Origin: a virus
Reading direction: 5' to 3' (one strand)
Length of the DNA: 64,000 nt
Virus record (IMG/VR): IMGVR_UViG_3300029922_000001
Coordinates: 230,512 to 294,511 of that record
Shown: positions 45,418-55,246 of the stretch, piece after piece
How the letters are laid out: the number at the start of each line of letters is the position of its first letter
How positions within the stretch are numbered: position 1 is the stretch's first letter
Made by a program: the position numbers and the translations under genes
Notes under the pieces: generated by a model
The model's input: only the letters and a program-made list of their open reading frames with translations
Told to the model about the DNA's origin: nothing
The model's database searches: none

Positions 45418-46764
45418 GTGAAACAAATTATTACAGCTAAATTAAAATTAGAAACAAATAAAGAACAATTTAAAGAATTAACTAATCTTAGTTTAGCTTA
45501 TTGTGGCGCTTTGAATTTTGGCTCTAATAAAGCCTTTGAATTAGACAAAACTACTAATGCTAACTTATTGCACAAAAGTATATATCGAGAATGTCGTGAT
45601 AAATTTGGATTACCATCACAATTAGCTTGTAGCGTTTCTAGATATGTTACTGCTTCTTATAAAACATTGTGGACAATTACCAATAAAAATATTAAAGCAA
45701 GAAAAAACAAAGAAACTAAGAGAGTTTATAAAGGACTGAATAAAGCTCCAAAATATATATCAAGAACGACTATGTTTCAATATGGTAGAGATTTTACATT
45801 CAAGAAGGATCAACAAATTAGTATTATTACTCTTAATGGAAGAATTCTTCTAGATTATAAAGGATGGAATAAACATCTTAATTTAATTAAAGATGAAAAT
45901 ACCAAAATTGGTGGAGCTAAACTTTATTATGATAAAGCTAAGAAAACTTTCTATCTCTTAGTTAGTTTAGAAATAGAAACACAAGAAGAAAAACAAATTA
46001 ACACAATAGGTATTGATTTGGGTCAAAGATATTTGGCTGTGGTAACTGATACACAAGATAATACATTGTTTATTCCTGGTAAGGAATGTATTAATCAAGT
46101 TGGAAAATATCAACGAGTTCGTAGTAGTCTTCAAAAAAAGATTAAAACGAATAAGAAAAATGGTAAAGGCACTCGTTCTATAACTAGAAAATTAATCCAA
46201 GTTAAAGGACAAGAGAGACGGTATAGATTATCATTAAATCATCAAACAGCAAGTTCGATATTACAAAGATTTCCTAATTCAAATATAGGATTAGAAAATC
46301 TTAAAGATATTAGAACAAGAACAGAAAGACATAGCAGTAAAAAAGATAGCAAAAAAAGAAAAGAAGCTAATCGTAATAAAGCTTCTTGGTCTTTTAATGA
46401 GTTACAACAATTAATAGAATATAAAGCTAATTTATATGGTAGTAAAATATTTAAAGTAGATGCCCATTATACATCTCAAATGTGTACTAAATGTGGTTAT
46501 ACTTCTAAAGAAAACAGACCTAAAAGTGGCTTGAATTTTATTTGTTGTAATTGTAATTTTAAATTACATGCTGATTTGATTGGAGCTAGAAATATAGCTA
46601 TGAGAACATTGTTATCTAGACAAGATTTAGATAATAAGGGGCATTTATCAATTGTCCCAGTAAGCGGCAAAGCCGCTTTAGATACCTCGAACAGTGAAGT
46701 TAAAGCGGAATCCTTGAAAAAGTATTCTGAATTGAGATGGAGTTCGGAGGCAAACTTAACTTAA
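45418..46764 (+). CDS. tnpB: TnpB (IS200/IS605 OrfB) RuvC-like RNA-guided-nuclease family protein (Fanzor/TnpB-like)
   Basis: RuvC-I IGIDLGQRYLAVVTD. RuvC-II ..SWSFNELQQLIEYKA. Zinc finger CTKCGY ... CCNCNF. RuvC-III HADLIGARNIAMR. GTG start in the track. Confidence 0.8.
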   Translation: MKQIITAKLKLETNKEQFKELTNLSLAYCGALNFGSNKAFELDKTTNANLLHKSIYRECRDKFGLPSQLACSVSRYVTASYKTLWTITNKNIKARKNKETKRVYKGLNKAPKYISRTTMFQYGRDFTFKKDQQISIITLNGRILLDYKGWNKHLNLIKDENTKIGGAKLYYDKAKKTFYLLVSLEIETQEEKQINTIGIDLGQRYLAVVTDTQDNTLFIPGKECINQVGKYQRVRSSLQKKIKTNKKNGKGTRSITRKLIQVKGQERRYRLSLNHQTASSILQRFPNSNIGLENLKDIRTRTERHSSKKDSKKRKEANRNKASWSFNELQQLIEYKANLYGSKIFKVDAHYTSQMCTKCGYTSKENRPKSGLNFICCNCNFKLHADLIGARNIAMRTLLSRQDLDNKGHLSIVPVSGKAALDTSNSEVKAESLKKYSELRWSSEANLT

Positions 46765-46830
46765 TTGCTAAGCATTTTGATAACGATCTTATTATACTCT
46801 TGTTTCTTCCTTTTTGCTATCTTTTCTAGA

Positions 46831-47091
46831 TTATTTTTGACTTATTTTATAATTCATATATTCTATAACTGGATCATCTAATAACTCCATAATAACATTA
46901 AATTTTGTATTTATACCACCTGAAGCCTCAGCGAGTAGACCTTCAAATTGTGGATCAAATTGAAATAATTTACAAGGAGTCATAAGGTTCGATTTATTTT
47001 TTAATATAAATCTCACTTGCTCTTGTATCGTGTAGCCAATAATTATATTCATATATCCATTAGCTAAAATTTGTTTAGACTTTATAAGCAT
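46831..47091 (-). CDS. hypothetical protein
   Basis: 86-aa ORF. Confidence 0.4.
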   Translation of the reverse strand: MLIKSKQILANGYMNIIIGYTIQEQVRFILKNKSNLMTPCKLFQFDPQFEGLLAEASGGINTKFNVIMELLDDPVIEYMNYKISQK

Positions 47092-47108
47092 ATTACTCTA
47101 ATACTAGA

Positions 47109-47417
47109 CTAAAGCCTTGATGACCTAACCTTACCACTCTTTTCTGGATTATTTCTATCAACAACATAAAATCTTCTTTGACGAAATGTTTCCTTGTGAT
47201 GTTGCTTTCTAGTAACTTTCTCTTCATCGGAAATATCTACATCTAGAAAAACCTGATTCCACATATCGTAAATAGTTTTCTTTTCGTAGTCATACCATAT
47301 ACCTGTTTCAATACTCCATAGTCCACTTGTTTTAAGTTTAATAGTGGGAATATTTATTGATGCTAAATTTTCTGAAGTAATAGAATTTATTTTATCGTTT
47401 AGTTGTGTGCCATTCAT
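47109..47417 (-). CDS. hypothetical protein
   Basis: 102-aa ORF. Confidence 0.45.
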   Translation of the reverse strand: MNGTQLNDKINSITSENLASINIPTIKLKTSGLWSIETGIWYDYEKKTIYDMWNQVFLDVDISDEEKVTRKQHHKETFRQRRFYVVDRNNPEKSGKVRSSRL

Positions 47418-47423
47418 ACTTTA

Positions 47424-47981
47424 TTATACGTTTGGTTTTCTATTGACAACACCTACAACAGATTGATCTTTATTTGTATACCAATCACCACTTTCTACCC
47501 CTGCTGGTTCATCTCTAAATAATGGATTATCGTAATCAGCCATTGGACTATAGTGATATTTAACTTGTTGACCATCATGAAGTTCAACAGAACCATTACC
47601 TAATGATTTTTGAATGCTAGGATGTTTTCTAACAAATATAGCTTGATTATATGGATTTTTAGCCCACGAAGGACCATCGCTAAAAAATGTTAATTCGGGA
47701 CCATCACCATGTTCGTCTTGTACATTTTGCCAATGTTCTGTACTTTTAAGAAAATCACCAGCGGAAGGATAAATACCATATTTAAAATCAGTATTATCAG
47801 GTTTTCTAGCGTGAACTAATAATTTACCTTGTTCTAATCCGCGTTGTAATTCATCATGAGACTGGTATTTGTCATCATACTCGTCATCATCAGGAAATAA
47901 TTGTAAATCATGATGATGTTCAAAGGGGTTCCAACTGTCGTCAGTATCAAATATAGCTGTTTTAATACGTCTATACCACAT
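47424..47981 (-). CDS. hypothetical protein
   Basis: 185-aa ORF. Confidence 0.5.
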   Translation of the reverse strand: MWYRRIKTAIFDTDDSWNPFEHHHDLQLFPDDDEYDDKYQSHDELQRGLEQGKLLVHARKPDNTDFKYGIYPSAGDFLKSTEHWQNVQDEHGDGPELTFFSDGPSWAKNPYNQAIFVRKHPSIQKSLGNGSVELHDGQQVKYHYSPMADYDNPLFRDEPAGVESGDWYTNKDQSVVGVVNRKPNV

Positions 47982-47989
47982 ATTGATAT

Positions 47990-48376
47990 TTACGTAATTG
48001 CTTTATCTTCAACCTCTAGCTTATCTTGAATTTGTTTGATTAGGTTTTCTGGCATATTCTGAAATGGAAATGTTAGTGTACGAATATGAGGGTATATTTC
48101 TAAAACCCATTCACACGTGTCATTTAGTGTTAAACGCATTCCATAACCATTCCCAGAAGTTGTTACATTAAAACAATTATTCCTAACACAATCATGTAGT
48201 GTTGTCATTAAATCAATATATAAATTAGTAATCATTGATTGAGTATTAATGTTTGTATTATTACGTTGATTCAATAAAGGTTGACTTGCCTCTACGACAG
48301 AGGCAATATACATTTGAATTAAATCTCTATTTTTTAGTATAAAATTTTCTATTATTTCTTCTTCATATTCTTGCAT
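47990..48376 (-). CDS. hypothetical protein
   Basis: 128-aa ORF. Confidence 0.45.
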   Translation of the reverse strand: MQEYEEEIIENFILKNRDLIQMYIASVVEASQPLLNQRNNTNINTQSMITNLYIDLMTTLHDCVRNNCFNVTTSGNGYGMRLTLNDTCEWVLEIYPHIRTLTFPFQNMPENLIKQIQDKLEVEDKAIT

Positions 48377-49558
48377 TTATGCCGCCTTCTTTTCTGATAT
48401 TTTATCAATAAATTTTCCATCACCCCTTAAATCCACAAAACGACAAGGGTTTTCATAAACTTTCCAAGTTGGCATATTTTCATTCACTTCTAATCGAAGT
48501 TTTTTAGGTTCTTCGGCTGGAATGATAATGATATCGTTTTTACTTGCCTTAACAGGTGGTTCCCACTTTGTTGCACCAATACAACCACAATATTCAACAT
48601 GATCACCAACTACAACCATGCCATGCACAGGTTCTAGAATAACAGTGCCATCTTCTTGTTCTAGCTTATTAGAACCAATAACACCAGCAAAGATTTTATA
48701 ATCCGTATCTGTAGTTAAGTTTTTATAATTTACAGTGGCGATACCATGAGGGAAATTCTTACCCATCAAATCTTCATCTAACTCACAAATGAACTTAGTA
48801 ATCCAACCAGAAACATAGAAGTCACTACCAGAACCACACTTTTCACCAATGTACATATTAGACCAAAAATCTTGATCTTCTAAATTCATCAGTAATTTAT
48901 CACTTAAAAACATGAGTAGATTCCATGCCCATTCACCATTATCTTTTAGTTGAGGAAATTCTTCAGCAACGTCAAGCATCATATTAGCAACGCTATACCA
49001 AGCTTTATATAACTTTTCCCAATCTTCTCTATCGCCCTTAACTGTAATAGAAGGAAAACCACAACAAAACATACGGTAATTATAATATTGACTAACACAT
49101 TCAAGGGTTAAAGCACAACTAGCTAAATAGCTGAAACCGGTTGATGTAGTAAATTCAGGAGTAATCCTTGAAACATCAAAAGGTGACTTTTCTTTAACCC
49201 CTGCAATAAGAGAAGTTATAAATGCTCCAATAGGAAGCGGACCCATCACTATAATATCCTGTTTTTCTTGTGAGGTCGTGAAATACTTTCTAAACTCTTC
49301 TGGGTGTGCGACAACAATCTTTACAAATTCAGAAAATGCTAATTGCCAAAGTAAATCAGGAGTAATAACCAATCCACCATGATCGCCCCAACACTGTTCA
49401 AAATACCCACCAATGCCTTGAGAATAAAAATCTGCTATCGTGGTTGAATATAATTCTGTAGAGACTTTTTCAGGAATAAAACTTTTAATAGTAGCTGGAG
49501 TTTCATAAGGTGAACCCCAAAACTTCTTTTTCGCATCTAATATGTACGTATTTGTCAT
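48377..49558 (-). CDS. hypothetical protein (393 aa)
   Basis: Long ORF preceded by GGAGTATAATAAAGC-ATG on its strand. No motif recognised. Confidence 0.55.
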   Translation of the reverse strand: MTNTYILDAKKKFWGSPYETPATIKSFIPEKVSTELYSTTIADFYSQGIGGYFEQCWGDHGGLVITPDLLWQLAFSEFVKIVVAHPEEFRKYFTTSQEKQDIIVMGPLPIGAFITSLIAGVKEKSPFDVSRITPEFTTSTGFSYLASCALTLECVSQYYNYRMFCCGFPSITVKGDREDWEKLYKAWYSVANMMLDVAEEFPQLKDNGEWAWNLLMFLSDKLLMNLEDQDFWSNMYIGEKCGSGSDFYVSGWITKFICELDEDLMGKNFPHGIATVNYKNLTTDTDYKIFAGVIGSNKLEQEDGTVILEPVHGMVVVGDHVEYCGCIGATKWEPPVKASKNDIIIIPAEEPKKLRLEVNENMPTWKVYENPCRFVDLRGDGKFIDKISEKKAA

Positions 49559-49564
49559 GCTTTA

Positions 49565-49816
49565 TTATACTCCAATAATTTCCGGTTGAGAATTGAACAT
49601 TGCATCAACTTGCTCTTGGGTGATTCTTTTGCCCTTATAATAATACTCTGGAGTATCTAATCTGTACACTTTACCATTTTCATCCACTCCGACACCAATA
49701 CAACAAATACCCTCTTCTTCATATATGTGAGGTAAATTTGATTTCCAATCTTCATTAGGATTAGAAAAATCACGAGGGGGAATTTTAATTACATTCATGT
49801 TTTCATTATAGCTCAT
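49565..49816 (-). CDS. hypothetical protein
   Basis: 83-aa ORF. Confidence 0.4.
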   Translation of the reverse strand: MSYNENMNVIKIPPRDFSNPNEDWKSNLPHIYEEEGICCIGVGVDENGKVYRLDTPEYYYKGKRITQEQVDAMFNSQPEIIGV

Positions 49817-49854
49817 GTTTTCATTATAGCGTTTAGCAGTATAATAAGAACATC

Positions 49855-50547
49855 ATGGGAAAACAAAGTCGCCTAAGAAAAGAAAGAAAAGAGCGTCAAG
49901 AGAAAATCGCAATTGAGCAACCACAGTCTAGCTATTTACTAGAACCAGAACGTGCTGATTTAAGAACCGACTTAGGTGAAATTGCTGATTTTGCAGAGAC
50001 AATGCAACTAGATCAACTCAATAAGAAATTAAAGAAAATGATTGATTGGTTTAGAGGACATTTTGATGGCATCTGCACTACTATTAATGAAAATATTGTA
50101 GATATTGAAAATATTGGTATTTACAATGTTGACACAAACGAAGTAGAACCTTTGAAAGCGGCAAACATTGCTAAAGGACTATTAACACTTCCACCTTCAA
50201 GATTTCCTGTTGCACTAAAAGAACCTATCACAGAATCATTTGTTTCAGAAGATATAGATGCTATTGTTGACGAAACCAAAAACAACAAGATTCTAGATGA
50301 AATTACTATTGCTATTTTGAAGCTTGCTGAATGTAATAAAATTATGGCAGCAGCACAACAATTAGTTATGATGAATGATCTGCCATTAAATTTGGTTCAC
50401 GAAAAACTTGGCGACATCCGACTAGAGAAAGGTGACATGACTTATCCTTGCTATGAAATTACAGCAATTATGGCTGGTTTAATTGTTCTCGCTTCTGTTG
50501 GCAGTACCAGTTCATTTAATCCAAAGAATTTCCAATTTGTTCTATAA
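49855..50547 (+). CDS. hypothetical protein
   Basis: 230-aa ORF. Confidence 0.5.
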   Translation: MGKQSRLRKERKERQEKIAIEQPQSSYLLEPERADLRTDLGEIADFAETMQLDQLNKKLKKMIDWFRGHFDGICTTINENIVDIENIGIYNVDTNEVEPLKAANIAKGLLTLPPSRFPVALKEPITESFVSEDIDAIVDETKNNKILDEITIAILKLAECNKIMAAAQQLVMMNDLPLNLVHEKLGDIRLEKGDMTYPCYEITAIMAGLIVLASVGSTSSFNPKNFQFVL

Positions 50548-50575
50548 ACTTCATAACCTATTGTATAAATAGAAT

Positions 50576-51202
50576 ATGAAGTTTATCAAGAATTGGCTTG
50601 TAAAATTATTTAAACCTATTATTGATGAATTAGTACGTCAAAACATACAGTCCATTATTGACGATCTACATATTTATGTAGATCACGCGAAAAACGACAT
50701 CAAAAGTACATTAACTCATGATTTAAATGATTTTTCAGAACAAATAAGTGCAACAGAAAAACTAATACAACAAAAATCTAATACTATAGATAGTAAGTTA
50801 AGTGATTATGATTCAAAAATCAAACTTATAGATACCCATGTTATAGATTTTACTAATAGGTTTTCAAACACCACAGAACAAATTAAAGAAACACACAATC
50901 AAGCCATAGATAAAATTAATACAGAGCTAGGTTTGGCAATTCAAAAATCTTCAAGTAAAAACACTACAGATATGCTCAATGAGATTGACAGTTTACGTGA
51001 ATCTCTTAAAATGACTTATCGTGCTGTTGATGATGAACTTAACCGTGTTCATTTTAGAATCAAAGGTGTGGAAGTAATCACAGAAGCTGAACTAAAAGAT
51101 ATAGAAACAAAAACCAAGAACGAAGTAATTGGTCTTCTTGAATATATTGATAATAACTGTGTTTTGAGAGAAGGTGATTATATAAATAATCTAGAACATT
51201 AA
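50576..51202 (+). CDS. hypothetical coiled-coil protein
   Basis: 208-aa ORF. Its ATG lies inside the inverted repeat ACTTCATA...TATGAAGT. Confidence 0.5.
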   Translation: MKFIKNWLVKLFKPIIDELVRQNIQSIIDDLHIYVDHAKNDIKSTLTHDLNDFSEQISATEKLIQQKSNTIDSKLSDYDSKIKLIDTHVIDFTNRFSNTTEQIKETHNQAIDKINTELGLAIQKSSSKNTTDMLNEIDSLRESLKMTYRAVDDELNRVHFRIKGVEVITEAELKDIETKTKNEVIGLLEYIDNNCVLREGDYINNLEH

Positions 51203-51205
51203 ATT

Positions 51206-52018
51206 ATGAATATAAAAGTTAGTGGAATATATAGAATTATAAACAAAATAAACAATAAATCATATGTAGGAAGTTCTACAGATATACAAGATAGATGGTG
51301 GAAACATAGAAAAATGTTAAAAAATAATAATCATTCTAATCCTCATTTACAGGCATCATATAATAAATATTCAAGTGTTGTTTTTGATTTTGAAATATTG
51401 CAATCTATGCCAGGGGCAACCACTAAAGAACTCCAAGAAAAAGAATTATCATGGATGTTATTTTTAAATGTACATAATAATAAAAATGGGTATAACATTA
51501 ACGGAGTTGAAGGTTATAAAATAGGTTTTAAGCACACTGAAGAAACTAAAAAGAAAATAAGTGAATCTGTAAAAAACAGAACATACACAGAAGAACAATT
51601 GGAAAATTTAAGAAACAATTTAAGTAAAATAATTAACAATCCAGAAACGAAAAGGAAAATTTCAGAATCTAAAAAAGGAAAATTATTAACAAAAGAACAT
51701 AAAAGGAAAATTTCAGAATCTAAAAAAGGAAAATTATTAACAGAAGAACATAAAAGAAAAGTTGGTGATGGTAATCGCGGTAAAATAATAAGCGAAGACA
51801 CAAGAGAAAAACAAAAAATATCTATTTTAAACAATAAGGAATTTATGAACAAATTAATTAAAAAATGGATAATAATAAATCCTGATGGGGAAGAATATAA
51901 AATAGAAAATTTATCTCAATTTTGTAGAGATAATCAATTAAGAGATGGATGTATGTCTTTAGTTGCGCAAGGTAAAAGAAAATCACATAAAGGATGGAGT
52001 TGTTATGAAATTAAATAA
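51206..52018 (+). CDS. GIY-YIG homing endonuclease with NUMOD3-type DNA-binding repeats (T4 Seg-like)
   Basis: [18 protein letters not shown] ... R..H (GIY-YIG core). Tandem repeats [16 protein letters not shown](K/E)[24 protein letters not shown]. Confidence 0.8.
   Translation: MNIKVSGIYRIINKINNKSYVGSSTDIQDRWWKHRKMLKNNNHSNPHLQASYNKYSSVVFDFEILQSMPGATTKELQEKELSWMLFLNVHNNKNGYNINGVEGYKIGFKHTEETKKKISESVKNRTYTEEQLENLRNNLSKIINNPETKRKISESKKGKLLTKEHKRKISESKKGKLLTEEHKRKVGDGNRGKIISEDTREKQKISILNNKEFMNKLIKKWIIINPDGEEYKIENLSQFCRDNQLRDGCMSLVAQGKRKSHKGWSCYEIK
51655..51750 (+). repeat. direct tandem repeat (about 42 nt x 2.2) encoding the NUMOD3-like [14 protein letters not shown] unit inside the GIY-YIG gene
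   Basis: AAAGGAAAATTTCAGAATCTAAAAAAGGAAAATTATTAACA.AGAACATAAAAG appears twice in succession. Confidence 0.6.
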
Positions 52019-52553
52019 TATTAACATTTTTTATACTGCGATCAAATTCACATTAAGTTTTGAGGGGTCATATAGTTTAAATAAAGATGATCCAGGTGGG
52101 GCTACAAACTATGGAATTATTCAATCTGAATATAATATCTATAGAAAATCTAAAAAACTACCAGAACAATCTGTTAAGTTAATTACAATAGTTGAAGTTA
52201 AAGATATCTATAAAAACAGTTATTGGTTGTCTGCCAAATGTGATAAATATCAAACAAAATTAGCTATTGTAATGTTTGATACCGCTGTTAATTTTGGGAC
52301 CGGTAGAGCCGCAAAATGGCTTCAAAAATCACTAGATGTTGCACAAGATGGTGCTATTGATCCAGCTACTTTAGCAAAATTAGCAAAAACAGATCAAGGA
52401 TTATTAGCCAATAGAATTTGTGAGTATAGAATTGCATTCAGATATGCAAGAGTAGCATCTGCGCCTAGTCAAAAAGTCTTTTTAAATGGTTGGCTTAATA
52501 GAGACAATGCACTTAAAAAACTAATTGGTGGGACTATCACTTTGGTTAGTTAA
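51963..52553 (+). CDS. GH108-type lysozyme-like N-terminal domain + peptidoglycan-binding (PG_binding_3-like) C-terminal domain; endolysin-like peptidoglycan hydrolase
   Basis: [20 protein letters not shown] is the GH108 catalytic-Glu motif. The C-terminus ..[11 protein letters not shown] resembles the PG-binding domain. The likely start is the internal ATG near 52005 (MKLNNINIF). Confidence 0.7.
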   Translation: MRKVKENHIKDGVVMKLNNINIFYTAIKFTLSFEGSYSLNKDDPGGATNYGIIQSEYNIYRKSKKLPEQSVKLITIVEVKDIYKNSYWLSAKCDKYQTKLAIVMFDTAVNFGTGRAAKWLQKSLDVAQDGAIDPATLAKLAKTDQGLLANRICEYRIAFRYARVASAPSQKVFLNGWLNRDNALKKLIGGTITLVS

Positions 52554-52684
52554 TTCTAATAAAAACATATCTATTTCTCTAGCAAAAGAAGTAAATAAAA
52601 TCTTTTTATTAGCTGGAGTTTCATTATTAATATACGCCATTAATGAAGCTGCTAATATAGAAGCCTCTTGTCAATTACCCACAG

Positions 52685-53794
52685 CTAAAGCAGTGGGCTT
52701 GTTACAACCGCGCTTTGCGCGGGAACAATAGGGATATTGACTAATCCCCTACATTGAATATTTAAGGAAGCATTATAATCAGCATTAGCAGCGAAGCTGC
52801 AAGATAAACATTTAAATTCACTCTGATTCTTCCTATTTTTCTTATTACAATATCCACAATGAGAACACGTCTGGGACGTGTATGCTGGATTAACAAGAAA
52901 AACAGGAACACCTTGTTCCTTGGCTTTATATTCAATAAACGATCTAAGTTGAGCGAAGCTCCAACTTAATCTTTCATTACGATTAGCTTTTCTGACCGTT
53001 ACTCTTTTATTGATTCCTTTTAACTCTTCTAGAGCTATACCAAATTGAGTGCCTTTAGCTTTATTAACTATTTCTTTGGAAATACAATGATTAACATCTT
53101 TTCTAAATCTTGATTCTTTATTTCCAATAGTTTTAATTCTTTTCTTTGCAGAGCGTGTCCCACGCTTCTGTAATCTCGTTCTGTGATCATGATATTTCTT
53201 TCTCTTATTTTCTATTTTATCAGAACTATAGATAGTATTATCAGAAGTAGTAGCAATATTTTTAACACCTAAATCGACTCCAATAATTCCTTTAGTATTA
53301 TATTTTTCTTCAGTTGGAGTTGGAATATCAAGAGTACATAATAAGTAAAATTTATTATTTTGAAGTACTAGATCAACTTGACCTTTTCTAAATTTAAATA
53401 ATTCATTATTCCATATTTGGATTGGAATATTCATTCTTCCTTCAATAGTCCAAATATTAACTATTTTATTATTTTTAAAAGTAATAACTCTGTCGTCATA
53501 GACGACAGCAGAAGTTTTCTTAAATGAATTAGGATATTTTCTATGTTTACTTATTTTATAAGAACAAGATACAACGTCAATAGCTCTAATGGTTAATTGA
53601 GAAGAAAATTCTTTATATTTTTCTCTTGAAGGATGATAAACAATTTTTTGCAATTGATTTTTATGAAATTGCCCAACTTTAAAAGCTTCTTCAGAAAATT
53701 CATTACAAATTTGATTAAAGACATTCATCGTGCCCAAGAGGGCACGATATTGATTATCATCTGTATTTAGCTTAATCTTCAATATTTTCTTCAC
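52685..53794 (-). CDS. tnpB: TnpB (IS200/IS605 OrfB) RuvC-like nuclease family protein, second diverged copy
   Basis: RuvC-I IGVDLGVKNIATTSD. RuvC-II ..SWSFAQLRSFIEYKA. Zinc finger CSHCGY ... CLSCSF. RuvC-III ADYNASLNI. Confidence 0.8.
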   Translation of the reverse strand: MKKILKIKLNTDDNQYRALLGTMNVFNQICNEFSEEAFKVGQFHKNQLQKIVYHPSREKYKEFSSQLTIRAIDVVSCSYKISKHRKYPNSFKKTSAVVYDDRVITFKNNKIVNIWTIEGRMNIPIQIWNNELFKFRKGQVDLVLQNNKFYLLCTLDIPTPTEEKYNTKGIIGVDLGVKNIATTSDNTIYSSDKIENKRKKYHDHRTRLQKRGTRSAKKRIKTIGNKESRFRKDVNHCISKEIVNKAKGTQFGIALEELKGINKRVTVRKANRNERLSWSFAQLRSFIEYKAKEQGVPVFLVNPAYTSQTCSHCGYCNKKNRKNQSEFKCLSCSFAANADYNASLNIQCRGLVNIPIVPAQSAVVTSPLL

Positions 53795-53961
53795 TATTAG
53801 TGTTATACATATTAATTAATGATATTCCTTCTTTTTGGTAAATATTTATTGAAAATATTTGGTTCGATTCCTCCCACGGCTGAAGACCGTGGGCTTCCTC
53901 TCACATTATCGTGAAGGTACTTCAATAGAGTTAGTTTTATTCCAGTAACAAGGATACCTAA

Positions 53962-54582
53962 TCATTTTTTCTGTCCATATCTATCAAAAACCTCAAGAGT
54001 ATCTTCATAGTTCTTACGATCTACTTCTTCTTGTTTGTAAGTTAATACCATTTTAACAATCTGATCTACTGTGTCTTCGCCTTCCATTTTTACAGAATGA
54101 TAGGTAATGCTATTTCTATCTAATACGTTTTTGATATCAGCATCTGCTTCTAGTGCCTTAGTTAAATCTTGATAACGACCTGATTCATCATAAGCTACCA
54201 AATCTAAGTTTCTTTCGATTAACACGTTGAAGTTATTAAACTCATTGAAAATTTCCACAATGTATGGTTCAAACAAAGAAGTACAACCAAACCCTTTATA
54301 GATAGTTCCCATTAAGATAGAAGTATCAGTGACGGCAATATCGACTTTACCAATAACTGGAATCATTTGACGCATATATTGTTTCACAGTAACGTATAAC
54401 TGATTTTTTATTTTATTATCTTCAGTCCAATATAAGTCTTTTGCGTATTCTGGAATATACTCAACATTAACCCCTTTTACCTTTAATTTATAAAATACAC
54501 CAGCAGCAACTGTTGATTTACCAATTCCAGGTCCGCCAAAAATGTTTATTATGATTGTATCTTTAATGTTGTGTGGCATCAT
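53962..54582 (-). CDS. P-loop NTPase, paralog of 1486..2070
   Basis: Walker A IFGGPGIGKSTVAAGVFYKL. Collinear with the 1486..2070 product. Confidence 0.5.
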   Translation of the reverse strand: MMPHNIKDTIIINIFGGPGIGKSTVAAGVFYKLKVKGVNVEYIPEYAKDLYWTEDNKIKNQLYVTVKQYMRQMIPVIGKVDIAVTDTSILMGTIYKGFGCTSLFEPYIVEIFNEFNNFNVLIERNLDLVAYDESGRYQDLTKALEADADIKNVLDRNSITYHSVKMEGEDTVDQIVKMVLTYKQEEVDRKNYEDTLEVFDRYGQKK

Positions 54583-54810
54583 GATAACTTATTATACGTT
54601 CACGATTTCTTTCGTTTCAGTCTGATATCATTCTCTTTTTTGGCATACATAATAAGGCATATAATAAATTAAGCTAGATATAAATATAAGAGGAATTTAT
54701 TTTTTGAAATTTTCAAAAAACCTGTAATTTCATTAAGTAATGAAGTATATTAATATTTTGGGTTATAACGATTAAACAAACTATTTACGCTTAGGTGTAT
54801 AATAGTAGTG

Positions 54811-55245
54811 ATGGTAGTACAAGACTTTTTTGAGATAATTGAAGATTTGTGTAGTAAATCTTTATCCTTTGTTATAGGAAATTCACATAATAAGAGCTAT
54901 AAAGCGATTTTAATGATCAATGATTTTGGAGAAGTGATTTATATAGCGGGTAAAGGGTTACTGCCAGTCACTAGAGAACACATAATTAAACGTATAGATG
55001 ATATCACCGAAACAATTTCCAGTATTATTATTACATCAGTTTTATCAGATGGTAGTAAAGAAATTTATGGTTTTTATCTAGAACGATGCGTTGACGGCTT
55101 TGTTTATAAAACAATCAATGCTTCCCATCTTTTTGCAATGTACAATACAAATATGGATAAGTCAATGGATTTACCTAAGATGAATGTGGTATATTGTGAT
55201 ATCAACGGAGATAGATACGCACCATTTGAACTAATAAGGAAATAA
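54811..55245 (+). CDS. hypothetical protein
   Basis: The track ORF starts at a GTG at 54808; the ATG follows at 54811. Preceded by GTGTATAATAGTAGTG. Confidence 0.45.
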   Translation: MVVQDFFEIIEDLCSKSLSFVIGNSHNKSYKAILMINDFGEVIYIAGKGLLPVTREHIIKRIDDITETISSIIITSVLSDGSKEIYGFYLERCVDGFVYKTINASHLFAMYNTNMDKSMDLPKMNVVYCDINGDRYAPFELIRK

Positions 55246-55246
55246 C

